Part shown: one piece after another, positions 6,317 through 16,258 of the stretch
How positions within the stretch are numbered: the stretch's first letter is position 1
How the letters are laid out: every line of letters starts with the position of its first letter
Assembly (NCBI GenBank): GCA_038213805.1
Contig: JBBQSO010000097.1
Coordinates: 1 to 18,949, forward strand
Reading direction: 5' to 3'
Source of the DNA: Planctomycetota bacterium
GTDB taxonomy: Bacteria; Planctomycetota; UBA11346
DNA length: 18,949 nt
The notes under the pieces: generated by a model
Told to the model about the DNA's origin: nothing
The model's database searches: none
The model's input: the letters and a program-made list of their open reading frames with translations, nothing else
Translations under genes and position numbers: made by a program

Positions 6317-6708
6317 GGAGGATGTCCTTGTGAGAGGGCTTGGCTTAGGGACTACGGAAATGAGAGCGCTGCGTTCACGAGTCGCGATATGGTTGGCACT
6401 TCATGGGTGGACGGAAACTGGTCCTCGCGCACCTGAACACCTATTTCGAGCGGCTCCGACCCTCGTCTTTTACTGCTCTCATCATCGAGCCCTTTCGCAT
6501 CCCGCCTACCCCACCAGCCAGGACGAGTGCGTTAACCCGGTCCCTGTTCTCCAGTGGAGAATCAGAGAACGGCCCGTGCATTGGCCCCAGTGACGGGGGT
6601 GTCCTGCTTGGTCACCAGGATCTCATTCCAGAACGGAGAACGGTTCCACGTGCTAAGTCTTTGCCCGTTGGGGGTTGCGTGGGCCATTCAGCGGCCCGGC
6701 CCCATAAC

Positions 6709-6736
6709 AAAAAATCCCCGGCTTGCGCCGAGGATT
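6709..6736 (-). terminator. Intrinsic terminator after the tRNA
   Basis: AATCCTCGGC-GCAA-GCCGGGGATT followed by a T run. Confidence 0.85.
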
Positions 6737-6741
6737 CCACG

Positions 6742-6818
<77 letters not shown>

Positions 6819-6831
6819 TCGTGAGGGCAGG

Positions 6832-6859
6832 ACCATAGGAGGGCTGCCAGGGTTGTCAA
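6832..6859 (-). promoter_or_regulatory. Stable-RNA-type sigma70 promoter of the tRNA
   Basis: TTGACA (6859-6854), 16 bp, TATGGT (6837-6832), then a GC-rich discriminator. Confidence 0.75.
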
Positions 6860-7138
6860 ACCCTGGTTCAGAGCCGTTGGGCAGGTGATCGATGCGTGCC
6901 GGACAAGATCTAACTCCTGGAACGGCAAGGGTTCGAATCAGCGCAGTGGCGACCAGCCACATCTATTTCCTGCGCTGGGGGCTTGAGTGGGCGGATCGGG
7001 GTGACAGCTGCGGGCGCGGCGTGGGTGGCATGACGCTGTGGGGGAATCCCCCGTGGGCGATCAGACCCGCAGGATTTCCCCGCATGGACCTCATCTGCGG
7101 CCGGATACAATGGGGGCGTACCCCTTTCGGAGCCAGCC

Positions 7139-7507
7139 ATGCGCCACCTCATCCTGCCTCTCATCCTCATCGGCTTGTTGCCCATTGCCGCCCATGCGGC
7201 AAGCCACGAGTCCAGCGGCGCCGGCGCGTCCGGGCAGCATCATGAGCGCGGCGCCGCGTTCCATGAGTGGCTGCAGGCGCACCCCGAGGTGGCGGGCAGG
7301 TTCGAGGGGAAGAAGGGTGACCTGTCGCCCTCGCAGCGCGCCGAACGCCGTGAGAAGATCAAGGCATGGCTGAAGGCGCACCCCGAGGTCCGCGAGCAGC
7401 TGCGTGAGAAGCTGCGCGAGCATCGCGAGGAGCATGGTCACGACCATCAGGGCCACCGTCCGCAGGCGCCCGCGGTCTCCACCGCCCCGACCATTGGTGG
7501 TGCCTGA
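7139..7507 (+). CDS. Exported His/charge-rich small protein (122 aa)
   Basis: GGAG ribosome-binding site, signal peptide (AHA-A), duplicated WLxAHPEV motif and a His-rich tail. Confidence 0.85.
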   Translation: MRHLILPLILIGLLPIAAHAASHESSGAGASGQHHERGAAFHEWLQAHPEVAGRFEGKKGDLSPSQRAERREKIKAWLKAHPEVREQLREKLREHREEHGHDHQGHRPQAPAVSTAPTIGGA

Positions 7508-7743
7508 AGCGCAGCGGCGTCTTGAGCGCAGCGACTCCGGCAGGGCAGTGACGCCTCATCTAGCGTAGCTACGCCGACAGCGCAGTGACGCCGACAGCGC
7601 AGCGGCGAGCGCTCTCGGGATTTGCTCCACGCTCGCTGTCGCCGCTGCAGGTGCGTAACCATTCGCCTTCCCTCCGGTATACGTCAGGTCCGGAGTTCAT
7701 AAGCCGGCGTGATCCCAGCATCAACGCGCCCACGGAGACAGCC

Positions 7744-8889
7744 ATGTCCACCCCTCGCCATACCGTCGCGCCATCCGGCGTACCCGCTGCCGTCCGCTGT
7801 GCCTCGATGGCTCGCTCAACCGCCAGCGCCGCGTGCGGGGCCGTGCTGCTCGTTGCGGGCGCGCTGGCCCTCGGCGGCTGCGGCAGCGGCAGCTCGACCT
7901 CGGCGACCGTCACCAACACCTTGCCCAGCGCGCACGAGGCACAGACCGCCTCGGCCGCGTCGTCCGCGGTCGGCGTCGCCACGGACGCGGGGCTCAATCA
8001 GCTCTTCGTGGGCGGTGCGATCGCGTTGCGCACGCCGCTGCGCGTGGGTCCACTGTCCGACGGCGCGCCCTACGATGAGATCATGCGCAGTGTCGCCGAT
8101 GCGCCGCCCGCCCCAGCGGCACCGGGAGCGGCGGTGATCACCACCACCGGCTACAGCAATCCGGTGGTGGTCTCAGGACAGATCGGCTACGAGGCCGACA
8201 CTGCCGGGCTGGCGGCTGGCTGGTACCACGTCGCGCTGACCTTCTCCGCCAGCAACGCCTTCACCATCCGCTCCGACGAAGGCAACATGGCCGCGGTGAC
8301 CGGCGGGCGGATCGACCTCTACGTGCACAACCAGGACGGCAGCGACGACGGCGTCGGTGGCTGGACGCGCCAGCTCGACAGCTACGTCAGCATTGCCGAC
8401 AGCGCGCCGGTCACGGTGACGGTCACGCTTGCGGGCGGCGTGGTGCGCACCTCGACGTTGACCGGTTTGCGCCACGTCGGCCGAGCCATCACGCACACGC
8501 GCAGCGGCTCGCTGGTCACGCGCGCGGATGCGGTGACCGTCGACGGCGACCTCAGCGCGGTACCGCTGTCGCCCCCCGTGGGCAGCGGGCCGACCATGCT
8601 CGACCGCGCGGGCGCCAACCAGGTGTTCACCCGGTGGGTGCACGCGGTGGACATCACGGAGGGGGGTGTGACCGCCAGACACGTGTTCCAGTGGGATCGC
8701 CACTGCACCTACACGGTCACCTACACCTACCTGGTCGGCGCCCTGACCTGGACAGGATCCGTCACGGGCTACACCGAGAACGTTTACGTGGCAAGGGATG
8801 GCACCGCCGTCGGACCGCTTACGGATCTGCAGCTGGCCCTGCGCTTTGGCCTGCTCCACGACCTCAACGGCAGCGCGGCCCACTTCTGA
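7744..8889 (+). CDS. Putative lipoprotein, beta-strand/Thr-rich, unknown function
   Basis: GGAG precedes ATG 7744 (alternative start 7806). Hydrophobic stretch ending LALGGC followed by a Ser/Gly linker; GC3-rich codons. Confidence 0.8.
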   Translation: MSTPRHTVAPSGVPAAVRCASMARSTASAACGAVLLVAGALALGGCGSGSSTSATVTNTLPSAHEAQTASAASSAVGVATDAGLNQLFVGGAIALRTPLRVGPLSDGAPYDEIMRSVADAPPAPAAPGAAVITTTGYSNPVVVSGQIGYEADTAGLAAGWYHVALTFSASNAFTIRSDEGNMAAVTGGRIDLYVHNQDGSDDGVGGWTRQLDSYVSIADSAPVTVTVTLAGGVVRTSTLTGLRHVGRAITHTRSGSLVTRADAVTVDGDLSAVPLSPPVGSGPTMLDRAGANQVFTRWVHAVDITEGGVTARHVFQWDRHCTYTVTYTYLVGALTWTGSVTGYTENVYVARDGTAVGPLTDLQLALRFGLLHDLNGSAAHF

Positions 8890-9076
8890 GCCGGCGCCGG
8901 CGCAACAGCGCCCGCCGTCCAGGGTAGTATCTGGTTGGCATCCGTTCACGCCGCGCGCTTTCCGCGTGGCTGGTGGCCGGGCGCCGATCGGAGTGGTCAT
9001 GCGCGGGATGCGCGGCAAGCGCAGCACGGGTGAGACGGCCCTGGCGTCGCCGGCCGCGCTGGCGACCATCGTCGCG

Positions 9077-11176
9077 ATGACGTGGTGGAAGACGATCCTG
9101 GCGCAGCCCCTGGCGGCCGGCCCCCGCGTTTCCATGGCCTGCGCCGCGGCTCTCTCTGGATGGTCCTGCGCCGCCCTGGCGGTGGAGGGCTGGGCGGTGC
9201 CCGACGCCCGGGAACGCTTTGCCGTGGTGCGCGAGGGCGGGCGTTGGCCGGCCAGCGCCGGCGCGGTGCGTCTCTTTCCAGGTCGGGACTTGGCGACGCC
9301 AACGGTGGCGGTGGTCGCGGACGGCGGCGCGCGCGTCGGCGCGCGCCTGGTGTGGTCGGCGCCGGGCGAGCCGCTGGACGTGGTCTTCGACACCTCGAAA
9401 GGCGCAGCTGCCTACCATGCCTACGTCGGCGAGGGACTGGGCGGTGGGCCACCCTGGACGCTGCAGGCCGGCATCGAGCTCGAAACCCGCCGCCGGGTCG
9501 AGAGCCCGGTCGACACCTGGGCGCAGATGCAGGTGCTGTGGGCGCACGCCGCGCCGGTGCAGGGGCGCAGCCTGGTCGAGCGCATCTTCGATGGGCAGAA
9601 CCGCCACGGGCCGAGCACCGACTTCTGCTCGCACTACCATGGCTTCCTGCAGATCGCGCAGCCGGGGCCGTACCTGTTCGCGACGGTCTCGGACGACGCG
9701 TCGTTCCTGAGCATCGACGGCCGCCAGATCGCCGAGGCGCCGGGCTTCCACGGTGCGGGCGACGGCGATCACGGCGAGCACGCCGGCACCATCGCCCTGA
9801 CCCCCGGCCTGCACGCGGTCGACTACTGGCACGTCCAGGGCAGTGGGCCGACCGTCGCCGAGCTGGCCTGGCGGCTGCCCGGCCGTGACCGCTTCGAGGT
9901 GGTGCCGCCGGAGGCCTTCGCACCGGTCGCGACCTTTGCCTGCCGTGGCGCCGAGACGCCGGGCGGCGGTGATGCGGCGGCCTTCGCCTGGGAGATGGCG
10001 CGCTCCACCATCCTTGACAGTGACGTCGGCGCGCCGGCGCTGGTCGAAGTTCGCCTGCGCCTGATGGACGCCGCGGCCGGTGCGCGTGCGCGCTGGACCT
10101 TTGACGACGGCACCGGCGCCGACGGCGCGGCGGTGACGCATCTCTTCCCGCGCCTCGGCCTGCGCACGGTCGCCGTCGAGGTCGCGGTCGGCACCACCAG
10201 CGCGCGACGCACGCGGGCGATCGCCGTGCACCCGCAGTGGCTGCAGGGCGAGGACTTCCCGGAGGCGGTCTGGCACGCGCAGCGCACGGACCTGCTGGCG
10301 CGCGATCCCGCCACATTGTCGCCCGCCGACGTCGCGCCTTTGGTCGATTACGCCGAGCGCGTACCCGACCTTGAGCTGCTGCGCCGGCTGGGCGCAGCGG
10401 CGCTGCCACGCAGCAAGGCCTTCAGCGGTGCGGCGGCCGGGCTGCTGCTGCGCCTCGGCCTCGACCTGCAGGCGCCGGAGGTGCGCGACTATCAGGCAGG
10501 ACGTACGCTGCTGACGGCCTGTGCCGCGGCGGTGGAAGTGGCAGGGCCGGTCGCGGCGCGCGCGCGCCTGCACCTCGGCGGCCTGCTGGTGCACGCCTTT
10601 CTGGACGCGCCCGCTGCGCAGGAACAGCTGCGCGCCATCGCCGTGGATCAGCTGAACGTCGATGAGCGCCGCCTGCTTGGCATGTACCAGGGCGACGCCG
10701 TACTCGCCGCCGGCGACGTCGACGGTGCGCGCGCGCACTACCTGGCGACAGGCACCGCCGCGGCGCCTGGCGACCTGAAGTACGCGCTGCAGCGGCGCAG
10801 TCGTATCGAAGAGGCGCGCGCCCAGCTCGCCCAGGGCGACAGCGACGCCGCCGAGGGCCCGCTGCGCGCCATCGAGTGGGAGACCCCAGTCGAGCGCCTC
10901 GGCACCGAGACCGGCCTGCTGCTGGTGCGGGTGTGGACCGCACGGCAGGAGTATCCATTCGCGCGCTCGCGCTGCCGGCTGATGCTGACCGCCGCGCCCG
11001 ACGACGCGCACCGCCCGGAGGTGCTGCTCGCGCTGGCGCACGTCGAACTCGCCGCCGGCAGGCGCGACGCCGCGGCCGACGCGGTGCGCCGCCTGATCGC
11101 CGACCACCCGTACAGCGAGGCCGCGGCGCGCGCCAAGGACCTTGCCCTTGTCAAAGCCCAGGGAGCCACGCCATGA
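9077..11176 (+). CDS. PA14 + PKD-like + TPR-like exported protein
   Basis: PA14 motif GPYLFATVSDDASFLSIDG...LTPGLH; PKD-like WTFDDGT...VTHLF; helical TPR-like C-terminus (LIADHPYSEAA). Start is uncertain. Confidence 0.85.
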   Translation: MTWWKTILAQPLAAGPRVSMACAAALSGWSCAALAVEGWAVPDARERFAVVREGGRWPASAGAVRLFPGRDLATPTVAVVADGGARVGARLVWSAPGEPLDVVFDTSKGAAAYHAYVGEGLGGGPPWTLQAGIELETRRRVESPVDTWAQMQVLWAHAAPVQGRSLVERIFDGQNRHGPSTDFCSHYHGFLQIAQPGPYLFATVSDDASFLSIDGRQIAEAPGFHGAGDGDHGEHAGTIALTPGLHAVDYWHVQGSGPTVAELAWRLPGRDRFEVVPPEAFAPVATFACRGAETPGGGDAAAFAWEMARSTILDSDVGAPALVEVRLRLMDAAAGARARWTFDDGTGADGAAVTHLFPRLGLRTVAVEVAVGTTSARRTRAIAVHPQWLQGEDFPEAVWHAQRTDLLARDPATLSPADVAPLVDYAERVPDLELLRRLGAAALPRSKAFSGAAAGLLLRLGLDLQAPEVRDYQAGRTLLTACAAAVEVAGPVAARARLHLGGLLVHAFLDAPAAQEQLRAIAVDQLNVDERRLLGMYQGDAVLAAGDVDGARAHYLATGTAAAPGDLKYALQRRSRIEEARAQLAQGDSDAAEGPLRAIEWETPVERLGTETGLLLVRVWTARQEYPFARSRCRLMLTAAPDDAHRPEVLLALAHVELAAGRRDAAADAVRRLIADHPYSEAAARAKDLALVKAQGATP

Positions 11177-12720
11177 TTAGCGCCCACCGCCGGACCTTCG
11201 CCCCGCCCTGCGCCGCGCTGGTGGCGGGTCTGTTCTGCCTGCTCGGCGCGCCCGCGCTGGATGCGGCCAGCGAGAACGACTGGTTCGTGCCGCTCGGTCC
11301 GCCGCCGAAGGCCGCGCCCAAGCGCATCAACGGCGGCGAGTCGCTGCCGCCACTGCCGCTGCCGGCGACGCCGCTGCGGCGCAGCGAGCGCAAGAAGCAG
11401 CCCGCCGCGCCCAAGCTGATCGGCAAAGTGGTGTGGGGCGAGACCGCCTCGTTCAGCTTTGATGGCGGCGGCGCAACCGAGGTCTCGGACTGGAACCTGT
11501 GCCCGGCCGACGTGCAGCAGCTGATGGGCAAGGCCAGTCGCGTGTTGGGCGCCAGCTACGGTTCCGAGCCGGTGGCGCTGGCGAACTTCAGCGGCGATCC
11601 TGCGCAGATGCCGGTGCTGTTCATCAGCGGCACGCGCACCCTGCGCCTGAGCGGGGAGCAGCTCGCCCAGCTGCGCGCCTACGTGATGCGCGGCGGCATG
11701 CTGGTGTTCGACTCGGTGGCCGGTTCGCCGTACTTCTATGACTCGGTGAAGGCGGCGATCGCCGCGACCTTCCCGGAGGACCGCCTGCGCACGCTGCCCG
11801 CCGACCACCCGCTCTACCACATCGCCGCCGACGTCGAGAAGGTCAAGTTCCCGAAGAACCACGACGGCGACACGCCGCTGCTCGAGGGCGTCTACCTCGG
11901 CTCGCGCGTGGCGGTGCTGATCTCGAAATACGGCCTGGGCTGCGGCCTCGACGACCGCGAGGTGCCGATGCTGCCGCAGGCGGTCTACTACGACGTCGAT
12001 TCAGCCAATCGCATCGGCGTCAACATCGTCGCGTACGCGCTGGGCTACGCCCATGTCGGCGAGGAGGAGGCCAAGCCCGAGCTGTTCGCCGCGCGCGACG
12101 AGCACGCGCCCACCGACGAATTCGTGTTCGCGCAGCTGGTCCACGACGGCGCGTGGAATGTCCACCCCGGCGCTGCGGCCGCGCTGCTGCGGCAGGTCAA
12201 CCACGATCTGGCGGTGCGCGCCAGCCTCAAGCGCATCGCCCTCGATCCCGCCAAGGACGACCTCAGCGCGCGGCACTTCCTCTACCTGACCGGGCTTGAC
12301 GACTTCACCTTGCCGGAGGCGGCGGTGCGCAATCTGCGCCGCTTCGTCGACGGCGGCGGCACCCTGCTGATCGCCAACGGCCTGGGCATGGCGACCTTCG
12401 ACGCCGCCGTGCGCCGCGAGCTGGCGCGCATCTTCCCGGAGGTGCGTCTGCAGCCGGTCCCGGCCGATCATGCGCTGCTCAACACCGTCTACCATCTCGC
12501 CGAGGTGCGCTACACCCCCGCGGTGCTCGCCAAGCAGCCCAAGCTGACCGCACCGGTGCTCGAGGGCATCCAGGTGGGCGGCGACCTGCGCGTCATCTAC
12601 AGCCCCTACGATCTCGAGGGCGGGTGGTCGGGGATGGAGTTCCCGCTCAGCCGTGGGTACGATTCCGATTCCGCGCTGAAGCTGGGGATGGATATCGTGA
12701 TGTATGCTGCAACGCATTGA
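11173..12720 (+). CDS. Tandem DUF4159-domain protein
   Basis: ATGA overlap with the upstream gene; signal peptide; two repeats of LRxYVxxGGxL...LPADHPL...LEGV...VIxSxYDL. Confidence 0.88.
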   Translation: MISAHRRTFAPPCAALVAGLFCLLGAPALDAASENDWFVPLGPPPKAAPKRINGGESLPPLPLPATPLRRSERKKQPAAPKLIGKVVWGETASFSFDGGGATEVSDWNLCPADVQQLMGKASRVLGASYGSEPVALANFSGDPAQMPVLFISGTRTLRLSGEQLAQLRAYVMRGGMLVFDSVAGSPYFYDSVKAAIAATFPEDRLRTLPADHPLYHIAADVEKVKFPKNHDGDTPLLEGVYLGSRVAVLISKYGLGCGLDDREVPMLPQAVYYDVDSANRIGVNIVAYALGYAHVGEEEAKPELFAARDEHAPTDEFVFAQLVHDGAWNVHPGAAAALLRQVNHDLAVRASLKRIALDPAKDDLSARHFLYLTGLDDFTLPEAAVRNLRRFVDGGGTLLIANGLGMATFDAAVRRELARIFPEVRLQPVPADHALLNTVYHLAEVRYTPAVLAKQPKLTAPVLEGIQVGGDLRVIYSPYDLEGGWSGMEFPLSRGYDSDSALKLGMDIVMYAATH

Positions 12721-12779
12721 ATGACGGCCGTCCGACTACGGACGCGCAGATGAATGCCAACGACCCTGATTGAGGAAAC

Positions 12780-14102
<1,323 letters not shown>

Positions 14103-14203
14103 CGTGGGCGGCAAACAAGTGATCTTGTCGAGGAGGCCGTCGGAACGGGAAACCGTTACCGGTCTCAACCTGAGCCTCGGCCCTTCTGCGTCCGGGGCTT
14201 CCA

Positions 14204-14297
14204 AGCCCGCGAAGCGGGCGACACATCGTAGCCCAGGGCGTGAGCCCTGGGTCAGCAGAAGATGCCACGGCAAGCCCGCGGAGCGGGCGACACAGGC
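14204..14297 (+). repeat. Left REP cluster (GTAG-type hairpin flanked by two shorter palindromes)
   Basis: GTAG-CCCAGGGC-GTGA-GCCCTGGG at 14228-14251 plus two AGCCCGCGRAGCGGGCGACACA units. Inverted copy at 14902-14998. Confidence 0.85.
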
Positions 14298-14395
14298 GAG
14301 ACCAGCGCATCACGGAATCGCGTCATGGGAGTGGCGCCAACCTTCCGAGACTATGACCGCGCATGAGAATGTCGGCATCGGGGAGCGAACATCCC

Positions 14396-14848
14396 ATGCC
14401 ACAATCTTACTCCGCAATCTGGTACCACGTCATTTTTGCGACGCGCGGACGTCACCCCTACCTGACCAAGGAGATACGGTCGCCTGTCCACGGCTATATG
14501 CACGGGGTCATCGCCAGGATGGGTGGGCTGGCCAGTGCCATCGGCGGTATCGAGGACCACGTGCACGTCATGATGCGGCTGCCACAGGATGTTGCGGTGG
14601 CGGATTGCATGCGGGTGCTGAAATCGGGGACATCTGGCTGGATCCACAAGAATTTCCGGGGAGCACGGGAATTTTCGTGGCAAGGCGGGTATTCGGCGTT
14701 CTCGGTCAGCGTTTCCCAGCGGGCCCGCGCGGAGCGGTACATCGCGGATCAGCAAGATCACCATCGCGTTCGTACGACTTCGGAAGAGTTGCGGGAATTT
14801 CTCGATCGGCATGGAGTCCCATATGATGAAAGGGATGTTCGTCCTTGA
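14396..14848 (+). mobile_element. tnpA: IS200/IS605-family Y1 (HUH) transposase, REP-associated (RAYT-like)
   Basis: Motifs YHVIFAT, EDHVHV (HUH), FSWQGGYSAFSVS and YIADQ (catalytic YxxxQ). No tnpB. Confidence 0.92.
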
Positions 14849-14901
14849 AAGGATCGCCGGTTTAGATGCTTCCGAGCGTCTCCGGGGCGATCTTCGGAAC
14901 T

Positions 14902-14998
14902 GCCTGTGTCGCCCGCTCCGCGGGCTTGAGAAATCGATGTTGCGTGCTGACCCAGGGCTCACGCCCTGGGCTACGATGTGTCGCCCGCTCCGCGGGCT
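14902..14998 (-). repeat. Right REP cluster, inverted relative to 14204-14297
   Basis: CCCAGGGC-TCAC-GCCCTGGG-CTAC at 14951-14974 plus two TGTGTCGCCCGCTCCGCGGGCT units. Confidence 0.85.
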
Positions 14999-15186
14999 CA
15001 GGAGTGCGGTTCATGATGGTGACTGGCGCATCCTGACTGGCCTCGGGATGCATCCCTGCCACCTCCCAGCATCCTCCGCCTGCAGCTGGTCGATGTTCGC
15101 ATCTCGCCACTCGTAACGCGTCAACTGCCCCAACTGTCCCTCACTCCGTTCTTGCTACTCCTCTCCCTGTTGCACCCCCTGACCCC

Positions 15187-16077
15187 ATGCCCGCCCCCAC
15201 CACCTACAAATTCCTCCCGCCGCACCTCGCCGACCGCCTTGATGCGATCGAGCTTGGCGTGCGCCGGCCGCTGCCGGGCGGGGTGCAGGGGCGGCACCGC
15301 TCGCGGCATCACGGGTCGTCGGTGGAGTTCGCGGATTATCGCGCCTACGCCGAAGGCGATGCGCCGGCGCGCATCGACTGGGCGGTGTACGCGCGCAGCG
15401 ACCGTTACCTGGTGCGGCGCTTCGAGGATGAGACGCGGCTGCGCGTGCATGTGCTGGTCGATACCTCCGAGAGCATGTCGTTCCGCTCTGCCGGGCCGCT
15501 GGCCAAGCTCGAGTACGGCTGTTTCCTTGCGGCTGGTCTGATGTACGTGCTGGTGCGCCAGGGCGACGCGGTGACGCTGAACGGTTTCGGCGCGTCCCTC
15601 GACCAGGGCTTTCCGACCGCGGCCAGTTACGAGGGTCTGCGGCCGCTGCTGCGCGGGCTGGAGGCGATGCGCGCGCAGGGCCCGGGCAGCCTGGCCGGCG
15701 CGCTGCATGCCTTCGCCGCGACGCCACGGCCGCGTGGGCTGGTGGTGGTGGTCTCGGATTTCCTGCAGGATGCGGAGGAGATCCTCGCCGGCGTACGCCA
15801 TCTCGTCCACGCCGGCCACCAGGCCTGCGCGCTGCATGTGCTCGACCGCGCCGAGATGAACCTGCCCTTCGACGGCGTGGTCGAGGTCCATGAAATGGAG
15901 ACCGGCAAGCGCGTCACCGTCGAGGTCGACGAGTTCCGCGAGGCCTACGTGCGCCAGGTGCAGGCGCACATCGCCGCGCTGCGCATAGGCTGCACCAACG
16001 CCGGCGCCAGCTACCACCTCGCCGACACCAGCGTCGCCGTCGACGCGGCGATCCGTGCCGCGGTGCACCAGCTATGA
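15187..16077 (+). CDS. DUF58 domain protein (MoxR-associated, vWA-like)
   Basis: GSSVEFADYRAYAEGD...IDW..YARSDR, VDTSESM and VVSDF motifs. Confidence 0.95.
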   Translation: MPAPTTYKFLPPHLADRLDAIELGVRRPLPGGVQGRHRSRHHGSSVEFADYRAYAEGDAPARIDWAVYARSDRYLVRRFEDETRLRVHVLVDTSESMSFRSAGPLAKLEYGCFLAAGLMYVLVRQGDAVTLNGFGASLDQGFPTAASYEGLRPLLRGLEAMRAQGPGSLAGALHAFAATPRPRGLVVVVSDFLQDAEEILAGVRHLVHAGHQACALHVLDRAEMNLPFDGVVEVHEMETGKRVTVEVDEFREAYVRQVQAHIAALRIGCTNAGASYHLADTSVAVDAAIRAAVHQL

Positions 16078-16117
16078 GTCCGGAGGTCCGGAGGTCCGGA
16101 AGTCCGGAAGTCGGGGA
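16078..16117 (+). repeat. 8-bp tandem repeat (GTCCGGAR x4 plus one degenerate unit)
   Basis: gtccggag gtccggag gtccggaa gtccggaa gtcgggga. Confidence 0.9.
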
Positions 16118-16258
16118 ACACCGATTCCCGGGGTTGCTGCGCATCGCCACCGCGCGCTGCGCGCCTGCAGCGCAATCACGCGTGCGTCACGGCGGGGTCA
16201 CCCAAGCTCGCGCCTCATGCCTCGTGGCTCGCACCTTTCGTGCTACGGCCCCCAGCGC

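Noticed and set aside
6673..6684. GGTTGCGTGGGC, an 11/12 match to the tRNA 3' end, as a possible att duplication
   Set aside because: Too short, GC-rich and only ~70 bp from the tRNA; no integrase nearby.
7571..7650. Tandem ACGCCGACAGCGCAG repeat and GC-rich hairpin in the intergenic region
   Set aside because: Only two units, and I recognise no riboswitch or REP consensus.
14396..14848. The Y1 transposase as the recombinase for the cassette array
   Set aside because: It has its own REP substrates, unrelated to the attC repeats, and the cassette junctions follow the IntI G|TT rule.
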